A DNA stretch of 54,236 nucleotides, the filler included, from Stramenopiles sp. TOSAG23-3 (lineage: Eukaryota): the NCBI GenBank assembly GCA_900128585.1. It is 4 parts of 4 records of this genome, joined end to end, with 100 filler letters (N's around TTAATTAATTAA, not from the genome) between each part and the next. Parts side by side here need not be neighbours in the genome. Positions count along the whole stretch, not along the records: positions 1 to 24,988 come from LT642296.1; 3 more parts are not named here. The stretch is one strand, 5' to 3'. Made by a program: the position numbers and the translations under genes. The notes under the pieces were generated by a model, which had not been told where the DNA came from, did no database searches, and saw only the letters and a list, made by a program, of their open reading frames with translations. Of the stretch, positions 10,801 to 17,900 are shown piece after piece; the stretch's first letter is position 1, and the number at the start of each line of letters is the position of its first letter.

Positions 10801-13800
10801 AAACTTTGAAAGTAAATCTCCATTCCATTGGTAACGTGGACCTCACTTATGCCGAAGCCGCAAAAAACAAATTGAAAAATAACAAGGTCATCTTTTCGGA
10901 ACAAAAAAAATTAAAAACTATTAAAGGTGGGCCAGAGCGAATTACCCCAACAAAGTGGGGATTGTACGTTGCAAACCAAGAGCAAGTAAACAGCGACGAT
11001 TTTGAGCATTTAAGGATTCAGTCTATTTTAGATTTGGGAAATGACCCAAAGATTGATGCAAAGTATTTTGGGGTGGGCTTTACGGACCATTACTTGAAAC
11101 TAGACGTTTCTTCTGGAGAACTTTTCAACGACAACGTCCAGGAGGCTTTGAAATTCATTTCAACGGAAAAGCTCCGTAGTCGGTCCGTTTTAGTATTTTG
11201 CAAGGATGGGCAAAGTGACAGCGTTTCAGTGGTAATGGCATATTATTTGCAGGCCAGAGAGTGGCCTCTTAAAAAGTCATTTAGGAATTTATTGCGTATG
11301 CGTCATGTTTCCACAACGTCGCGTCCATCACAAGAGTTATTTGAACGCTTAGCTGCTATGGAATCACGGAAATTAAAAAAGTCTTCCATAACAATTGAAG
11401 AATACGAATGTGAAAAAGGCCAAGGGACAAGGAAAACGGATTCCACTTCGTACCCCGCTATGGATACCCCGGACGAGGAAGATGAAAAAATAAAAACGCC
11501 AACTCCGCCAGACATCGAAGGGAGTCCGCCAAAGGGCCTGGAAGAACCCCAAGAGGGTTACATCCACGTATCGTATGGGGGGAAAACTCCAGTAATTACT
11601 TCAATCTCAGTAGTCGAACCTTCCGACTCGATCGTCGATAGCGTCGATGACATGGATTTATGCTGTAAACTTCCGAATGAAAAATTTATCGCGATTAAGC
11701 GTGGAAACGGGTGCCCAGTCACCAACGTTCAGCTCTTTAGAGCGCCTCACGATGTTCCTCGGTTTCAAAATTACGAGGTATTGGATTTGATCGACCATGA
11801 CCCTAGTTTTGATGCAACAGAACCATTGTCTGGAATCTGGAAGCCAACAGAAGAGAGCAAAGTGAAAGATGTTTTCCATTTTCAAAAGCCTGAAGGTGCG
11901 GTGGCAGAAACGATGACATTGGTTCACGGTATCGCCGAAGGGGGTGCTTTTATCCGTGGATTCGTCAAGGAAACCGTTGATGAAAACGGTGATAGTTCGT
12001 GGGTGCTTAACGGCATGTCGATAGAGGATAGTGGCGTTGAGCCTGTAACATTATCCTTCCGTGAAAATGAATATTCGTGCACGATAGATAAACAAAATTA
12101 TAAATGCGAGAAGAGCCTAGAAGCACCCAAAATTGGTGTCCCTTTGACGGGTGTAATGTTGTCCAAAACTTCTGGAGCAGAGTCTTTGCCGGCAGGATTC
12201 TCCTGCGAGGAGAATACCGTTGGAAACGAACCTGCAAATTTTGGATCAGAATCGGAACCTTTGTACCTTTGTACTAGACGCGGAGGAGATTTCAACCCGA
12301 TTGCAGAAGTGTCCATAGTTTGGAATGGAATAGAGAATATACCGCCCAAAGCAATTGTTGTGGAAGGCAATTTAAATATTACTCAACAAGGCTATGGCGC
12401 GGAGGTAATTCTTTGTTACACACTCTGCACTGAAGATCATACAGACGCCATAATGGATTTAAAAATTAGCAAATATGCGGACAAGACGTCGAAAAAAGGC
12501 TTGACAAAAATCATGACAACCAAGAGCTTGTCAATGGATGCTAATTTAAACCAAAACCCGTCGTATCCAGATTTTTACCTGAGCTTCAAAGTAGGGACGA
12601 TCAACAAAAAGAAAAAATCAGTCGACCACGTGATAAACAGCAGTTACATCCTGGAAGACAACAAAAACAAGAAGATGAGAATTAACCTTCACGCCGTTGG
12701 CCTGGTGCAATGTTACCCCGTTTCAGCAGCGTACAATCTCGGAAGCCCGGAAAATTATAGGGCGGCAATGAAAGGGTTTATCTATAAAGAGTCTAAGGAC
12801 GACCCGGAGTGGCAAGTTCATGGTGAGTACCAGTCTACACGCGACAAGGGAGTGACACGCTTCAACGTGGACAGCCGCTTGAGCACTGTCTCAGGGGTAT
12901 GGGGGAGAAAAGGTCAAAAATTGAGTCTTGTGAAGGACTCATACCTGAAACTAGCTTATCAACGAGATTACAATTCAGATTGGGCGAATGGGGTTGAAAT
13001 ATTTTCTGGGCGTTGCCGTGGAAACCGTATTGACGATATGTTAGCGCAAGATGTCTCTGTGCTTGGGGGCCAAAACTCATATACAGACGAGGAGTCGGGA
13101 AAGAAGGTGGAGGTTACACGAACGGCAATGGTGGTGCAACCCCCACGATTTTTGATTGTCAGCATTGAACGGTCAAAATGGGATGTAGAGAAGCAGAAAC
13201 CGGTCAAAGACACGCGAGATATTGACCTTGAACCAGTTTTAAGTCTCCCAGGCCAAAGAGACGCCTCTATGTTCGACGAACAGGAAGGGTCTCATACTCC
13301 CAAGAAGAAATCTTCTAGACGATATGGCTTGTACGGTATAGTTGTTCACAGTGGCACAACAGCGAACTCTGGGCATTATTACGCTTACGCGCGGCATAGC
13401 AATGTGCCCGATTTAGACCGACAAGACTCTTCGTCAAGCCCATGGATGCTGTTTAATGATGAGAACATCCAAGAAGTTAGGTACAAAAAAATGAAAAAAG
13501 ATATCGAGAGCAAGAAGAACCACAGCGCATACTTGTTGTTTTACAAGGAGTTGGATTCAGACTCGGATCCCGTTGTTTCTTCTCCCGGGGAAGACCGACC
13601 TGGGCCGGTGGCACGATTTCCAGCATGGATCAAAACTTTAGTAGATAGCAATAGAAAGGAAGTATTTCGCTTTTTGCAATCTTTCCAAAGCGGCTTTTAC
13701 GAGAGCTGGTTGACCGACGATATTTTGCACCGTGCACTGCGTCATGATGCAGAGGAGGTAGCAAGCGAAGAGGATTTCCCCACTTTAGTGCGTGGCTTGT

Positions 13801-13811
13801 CTTTGGATTAA
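4884..13811 (+). CDS. Giant multidomain ubiquitin-specific protease (peptidase C19) with UBA, ConA/LamG-like, SKICH-like, MABP-like and DSP-like regions
   Basis: 2975-aa ORF. UBA: IQEMGFSVHQARRAL..NVDKAMNWLL. Cys box GLLN..VCYQNSVMQCL (~9816-9880), QQDAHAFL, His box YGLYGIVVHSG..SGHYYAY (~13323-13390) and WMLFND. Confidence 0.9.
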   Translation: MEDPEDEMCIAALFEEEPKVQGPNAAGNTSSKSGEASTGDSTVNDALVSVEDISLGKLFGRPTKADSDTFKRLQEALASSVTPEDSTSEEDGGSQLARTIQDSFAVSPRAVCLAGAHASLTIGDAKVLSGVLRKTIGREAFLNPCYAFVDSALKELVRAFRFSDLEAVVTNLSPHVLEFLLEMYVNFEGNKRDDVEAGNKMQSIKNLTDLFAGLVLSYRHSPELLVGLKSKLNELVKNIPRTTLEWKTIACSKFKRIVIDGPEFLGVPDAADKDSTAEKSNGINPQGTEMMTKSAHDRPMSPTLKAQCATIQEMGFSVHQARRALQEKKGNVDKAMNWLLNLSDKERDELCAHKDIPRNKEDASVSPEKSSDASPKAESQNVGTKEIAEKEGDKDGDGEGVWCFESSIITTMKSLLIVFRGYRESFTDLYNDLIPYYDLLAQYLNVEKGGTDREVAINTHTFHAWNKPENSYGANDEVLVAPPWFEGLFLSGIGEHSPGPSLAIKATGKFGGHAVDGSVHSLENGVRSSLSGFSTLQSRDGGDEYNDFQGCLVTPRNTCESVSFKQFGNKNALSGWHSSAGSFRSVYGVPRSVTSSTRLTFGGTVATPNKMYVNSSENYLFVHESPFKTVSSYETFGMSLSVKVSPELVFEAKKFEEETDEDEESQSENPEKVQVPKLFCGIFVLENCGVALTPGMHVVAWRRHKGADHRDTGNPQPNNAETPGNADRDSPTGVQLTDDLKMMVDTGIITKEQAYEMMGVDMTPRSNDQRDKNKKDDESKDKPSGMSGETFSFVKSPCKLTAGKLVKISVLFDGTTLHLMLDDEFVAEAKAEGAAIATQGGSSGTILPASSLSLGGVPTSNPYLRASDQTQRELPYFTGTMCAAVLTIDMERKCQWPLSSMTLGIDLEGSGFHLSMWKKGATDLRNLPILDVGRKHQFQVLEKTPVSLDTFHSRFSNRCQLAGVAKACGSKVVLGDRGGALWFSERHEVTGGFDFSCVCNPAPKDNNETPIDEGEHKLTMLKFEDGTLQKDSSELRHPTIDAEYTIVLRNCSAWHIRPLKGIAKHVGPELELKLDSFWDHPIKHEASGNNVGATSPLAEVPSAEGTESKLEGNVEKVKVMLDKGMDQQAALNKLKSDGLDTKEAMRAIQKALSLTFANKDESAALLSSETFANKDESAALLSSEKEASKKDDFPVLLRSSLYLNVRVQDNLASVRLEYEKSGCSKVLCRAFNISGLNAFEPTLRYRPKLGDLSPARLIVSFGCRVVVETEFDIMKEIFSGTLAPGLGMWAGIQNGAETQWKALEVTKLAFRGRSIPLLDTIPKGNVNEEQSVGPQKPSGGTMRQKGTKITCCYDGVDSPTNIVQPVNETIRLDFDVGTTPFHKDAWVGMYVPGSKNSNFIKHVPFDSACRQMLEKGTFRVAKKNCWIEFRLFRDVSSSAPVAASGAYFFSHQKIGMPLTSSQLATQARLENLIYSKNPTISESVSSHNEEKKTTSTYLESLVSLHSKNFAKPDSGAGFNNDYGCSWDTTMGEISMTTDSAPTLGYTVKGEFQTMTNDGGKTNQSNLPGTVHGLVRPAKNATGKNWSFRGSWVPVGQMIPQVCHWHYNGPSSKATGKWYKGDISGKWTLKKAQFADFFRSTFHHSGLLNMSNDLVNVCYQNSVMQCLYHSDFIREMMFSLDDALGAEKAMGTEEAKSSECASTNLFHDLKRLYGALTFAQRSSQASHELQNEIVKVFEKGKQQDAHAFLVYLIDNLSTALEKMDSDEEGNFIKNNFEGKNGFIMKRRDTGVTWVTDQDVFVNLNASLPQRYAPITKLVVLTEKDKSTMVLEQGFEILKGTINGKDGSNKKSIGIYRGEAHGLPVTKLKVLTFKHDEGIVVPDNFKMLMTNLHPSTAATSDRIYIAYEQGTNNIPMVEMALAFGGKKAKVSPGFTKVPEALNGGFEGSSVYLSFKKDQASVRDLKISKESPRDYKTLKVNLHSIGNVDLTYAEAAKNKLKNNKVIFSEQKKLKTIKGGPERITPTKWGLYVANQEQVNSDDFEHLRIQSILDLGNDPKIDAKYFGVGFTDHYLKLDVSSGELFNDNVQEALKFISTEKLRSRSVLVFCKDGQSDSVSVVMAYYLQAREWPLKKSFRNLLRMRHVSTTSRPSQELFERLAAMESRKLKKSSITIEEYECEKGQGTRKTDSTSYPAMDTPDEEDEKIKTPTPPDIEGSPPKGLEEPQEGYIHVSYGGKTPVITSISVVEPSDSIVDSVDDMDLCCKLPNEKFIAIKRGNGCPVTNVQLFRAPHDVPRFQNYEVLDLIDHDPSFDATEPLSGIWKPTEESKVKDVFHFQKPEGAVAETMTLVHGIAEGGAFIRGFVKETVDENGDSSWVLNGMSIEDSGVEPVTLSFRENEYSCTIDKQNYKCEKSLEAPKIGVPLTGVMLSKTSGAESLPAGFSCEENTVGNEPANFGSESEPLYLCTRRGGDFNPIAEVSIVWNGIENIPPKAIVVEGNLNITQQGYGAEVILCYTLCTEDHTDAIMDLKISKYADKTSKKGLTKIMTTKSLSMDANLNQNPSYPDFYLSFKVGTINKKKKSVDHVINSSYILEDNKNKKMRINLHAVGLVQCYPVSAAYNLGSPENYRAAMKGFIYKESKDDPEWQVHGEYQSTRDKGVTRFNVDSRLSTVSGVWGRKGQKLSLVKDSYLKLAYQRDYNSDWANGVEIFSGRCRGNRIDDMLAQDVSVLGGQNSYTDEESGKKVEVTRTAMVVQPPRFLIVSIERSKWDVEKQKPVKDTRDIDLEPVLSLPGQRDASMFDEQEGSHTPKKKSSRRYGLYGIVVHSGTTANSGHYYAYARHSNVPDLDRQDSSSSPWMLFNDENIQEVRYKKMKKDIESKKNHSAYLLFYKELDSDSDPVVSSPGEDRPGPVARFPAWIKTLVDSNRKEVFRFLQSFQSGFYESWLTDDILHRALRHDAEEVASEEDFPTLVRGLSLD
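8346..8435 (+). repeat. Perfect in-frame 45-bp tandem duplication (TFANKDESAALLSSE x2)
   Basis: 8346-8390 is identical to 8391-8435. Confidence 0.97.
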
Positions 13812-13935
13812 ATTTTTCACAGTCGTGCGTGTTAATTCGTTTTAATCTTAAAATTCTTAAGCTTAGTTCGTAAAAAATTACATTTTTGTCATGTTTTGGA
13901 TTCAATTTACTAAAATACCATCACTTGTAATCATT

Positions 13936-14526
13936 CTACGGGTTTTTATCAAATGGGTCTGTGTCTTTGTAGCAGTCATTAAACACTTTTTCAACTGCTT
14001 CTTTTGCCTCTTCCTCTGTACAGTTCGGGTTCGCTGAGACACTCAATATCGCTCGCCTCTTCACACACGCCTGGTGCTGTGCTCGAATATTTTTAAGGCC
14101 ACCATGCCTGTCCCATTCCCTCCTAAAATCACAATCTCCACTCAGCGACGCTGCCCTAATTTCACTGCATGCATGATGAGTGCCCAACGTCCAATCTATT
14201 TTCGTTCTCGCATGGTCATAGGCGTGAATCAACTCGTGTGCCAACGTGACGTCTACAGCGCTTTGCCCACCACCACCTACGTCATCAATACCGTTTTGGC
14301 AAATGACAATCCCTGTGCTTCCCTCGTCGCCAAACGGGCCGAATCCCCCGCGGCATGCACTCTCGCTATCACAGTGTTCACAACGGATATAGTCTTCTGG
14401 AAGGGGACAACCAATCTTCTCCAGGGCCTCTACTAGAAAACGCACTTTCCCACATCTTTCCAAGCTCCGTTTTACTTTCTCTTCGCAGCTTTTTTTAGGG
14501 TCTTTTGAATCGAAAACAGAAAACAT
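13936..14526 (-). CDS. ATP23: Mitochondrial inner membrane metalloprotease ATP23 (peptidase M76)
   Basis: TLAHELIHAYD zinc motif, HHACSEIRAASLSGDC, CVKRRAILSV and CYKDTDPF. First in-frame ATG is 14526; the track start at 14583 is TTG. Confidence 0.93.
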   Translation of the reverse strand: MFSVFDSKDPKKSCEEKVKRSLERCGKVRFLVEALEKIGCPLPEDYIRCEHCDSESACRGGFGPFGDEGSTGIVICQNGIDDVGGGGQSAVDVTLAHELIHAYDHARTKIDWTLGTHHACSEIRAASLSGDCDFRREWDRHGGLKNIRAQHQACVKRRAILSVSANPNCTEEEAKEAVEKVFNDCYKDTDPFDKNP

Positions 14527-14988
14527 GATCAATACTCTGGGTAGATTGAAATGATACAAGTCCTTGTCCTTAGACCAGGTCAAGACGTGTCATTTTTAGA
14601 AAGATATAAAAAAAAGAACAAGACCGGAACATGGACCAACCGGAATAATCCTTGTATTCTTACTTTTGTGGTAATAATAATAGTCTAATAATTATTATTT
14701 TTTTATCATCAACGACATCATCATTTTTTTGCAATTTTTTTTTTTATGAGGCAGCAGGAGAGGCGGAGAATGTAAAATAATAAGGAAGGGAAATCCCGTG
14801 GTGCTCGTTGGCGGACGAGACGACTACGAGGACGTGTCGTATGATAATACGGTATTAATAATTAAGCACGAGTAGGGAATAATGTAATTAGACACCAATT
14901 AGTATAATAATTAGTACTGTATTTTATATTTGCCTATATATTATTTTTGAAAATTAATTTATGCTGTTTTTTTAAAGAAAACTTTGAA

Positions 14989-17900
14989 CTAACTTGATTC
15001 CGCCATAAGCAGATTATCTTCCTCACTCAAACCATTGTCAAGAACTTTCGCAGTTTGTTCTTCACTAGATGTCCATCGACTATCTTCCTGCGCCCACGGA
15101 CACCGGAACACCTCAAATTCCCTGAGGGCACCTTCTTTGCGCGAAATGATTGCACCTGGCTTGAGAATATGCTTTTTTGCAATGTCGGACTTTGCCGAAG
15201 CAGTGCACCAAATGACCTGCATAGACAACGACCTCTCCATTTCCTTCAACCCCTTCCTTGAAGAGTAAAGCGATTCTGTTTCTTTAAACACCACTGCTGC
15301 TACTGTGCGTTCAGTGACAAACTCCCGTTTTGCGCTACCTTCAATGGATTGTGACAAACGGACAGAGCCTGATGACTCTACCCCTAGTTTGGACTTAATC
15401 GATCTGGTTTGCCTGGACTTTGACTTCAAAGACTTTCTGGATTTATTGTTTTCTTTGCCATTTATTGCAGGCTTTACGACACGATATACCCTTTCGGTGA
15501 AAACTATGGTATCTCCCGTGACAACATCCCCAGTGCACTCGATGGTAAAAATATCTTCTACATTGTTAGGCGTTGTATCTTCTTCGTCCACGCTACGAAT
15601 CGTGACGGCCATGGTCGGCAAACTGGTATCCCCACGAGTGTACTGGCGGTTCAACGCTGCAACTTTAAACTTGTACGCAGTATCTGCATCTATCCCGCTC
15701 GTAATGCGGGCAAGTGTGCTGGATCCTTCGAAGCACTTTTCCCAGCCATCCTCGTCCCCGTCGTCTACCATGCTGGTAGGCCCGCGCCCAGCTTTACCGA
15801 GCTTTTTGTACAATACGACGTATTTAAATGCAGCTCCACCAGGACCAGGATACCACTTCAACGTCACTTCACGCGCCCTCACCGCCACAGCAACCGGCTG
15901 AGTAGGAGCACCTGGAGGCGTGCAGACTTGAAGTTCTTGGCTTAGCGGACTGAACGATCGACGACTACGGTACATCAGCGCAAAGCGGTACATTGTGTTG
16001 GGTTTTAAGCTGTATTCAGAGTCACCCCCTATGTCGAATTGGACACTGCGGTTGTCTTGCAGGGTGTAGTCCACGCAGTAGTAAGGCTTCCCTGGCAACC
16101 GGCCTCCCGTCGATGCCAAAGACGATTCGGGGGTGCCCGCATCACGCTTCAATACATACGTGATTTTGTGCGTCGACCACCAATCTTTAAATTCGTCAAA
16201 TTTTATGTGGCCATCGTTATTCTTGTCCACTTCCATCATTGCGGCCTGTATTGCGTGATTGTCGTGAGGCATGCCCATATCTTTCAAAAAGTGCTTCAAT
16301 TCATCGTAGCCCAAATCTCCATCGCCATTGGCGTCATACCGATCAAACATGCGTTTAACAGAGCCTTCGCTCACGCCCGACTGTGAATACTTCTCTTCGC
16401 CGCCATTTCCATCTTCTGCTGGGTTTGTCCATTCCGCCAACTTTTTCATCCAAGTGCTCGATTGGGTTCCTTGCACGCCTTTGTTAAACGTTGCGCTAGC
16501 AGCAAGGGGGTTTGTACCCCAATACTTGTCCTTCGTCTTGCCTAAGGCATTGCTATCACTCTTTCGCAAAGTATTTGATCGGCGGGAGCTACTACTTTTC
16601 AGTGAAGATGTACTAGAGTTCAATTGGTTTGTGTTTCGGGCCGGAGTGCTTGAAGGTCCCAAGAGCATGGTGCTCATGTCCAAGTTCGGGGGCTCTTTCC
16701 ACACTATCATCAGTTTCCCGTTTTTCCCCCGCTTCAACCTGGGAGTGTCAGGTTGCGTCAGCTGCGCGTTAACAATCAAGGGCTTACTAGGTGGCCCAGG
16801 CTCATCGTCCTGATTCACGGCATGGACGCGGTATTGGTAGCTCTGGCCGGGTACCAGACCACTCACTTTCCAGCTCGTCTTGTGAGTCGGAGCTGTGACT
16901 GGGTTGAAAAAGGGGACGTCCTCGTCCGCTATGCACTGCATCAAAACGAATTTTGTACCGGTGGCAACAGCTGCGTGGTCATCCTCAGTCTTTGTTTCTG
17001 CACCCCCGTCTACTACTCTGGGTTTGTTTGAGTTTACTCTGGCATTTCTCAAAAGGTGTTTGGAAAATTCGTCAAAGGATACTTTGCCATCGTTGTTCTC
17101 GTCGGCCTTCTTAAACATTGTCAAAAAGATGTCTTCTCCACAGCCACTCCACTCAACAAATTCACGGAGAATTGGATTTGCCTGGTTCTTCTCTGGATGT
17201 ATGATCTGATTTTTAAACGTCTCCATCTCCGCTTTACTTAACTCTCCACTACCATCTACGTCGATTTTGTTGAAAACTTTTCTCAACGACCTCAATTTCC
17301 TCACATATTCTTCTCCTTCTCCCCATGATAGGGTTACGGTGCATTTATCGACTGTAATCGACGAAGAGTCTAGGCGTGGCGCGGGAGGAGCGATTGGCAG
17401 GGTAGTAAAGCTTGCATACGTTGGAGTGCTAGGCCCAAATCCATTGAACGCCGTCAGACGGTATAGGTACTTGGTATTTGGCGCAAGCTCTTCGTGCATG
17501 AAATAACCGGTAGGAACAATGTCCTTGTGTTTGGCATGAGGAGGGTCTTTTGTGAGTTCAGAAAATATTTTACCGCTCTTGTCAGCAATCTCTAGAACAT
17601 AGAAAATGGGCAACGTTTTGCCAGGCCCTGGGGCCCAAGTAAGCTCTAGGGTTGACGTCTGTTCCTTCGGGGTGAGCCCAGTAGATCGCTTCATCTTTAG
17701 TATCGGAGGAGCGGGTGGCTTTCCCTGTTCCAACATCTTGATTTCTGCTTCTGCTTGCAAATTGACACTCGCCATGTCTTCCAGCGCTTGGACGCAATCG
17801 TTTCGTTGCTCGTCTGTCCACTTGCCATTTTTCTTGTAGTACTTTTTCAAGGTCGGAAGATCGTTCCAAAAATCACTATTCGGATTGATTTGGGCAGTTC

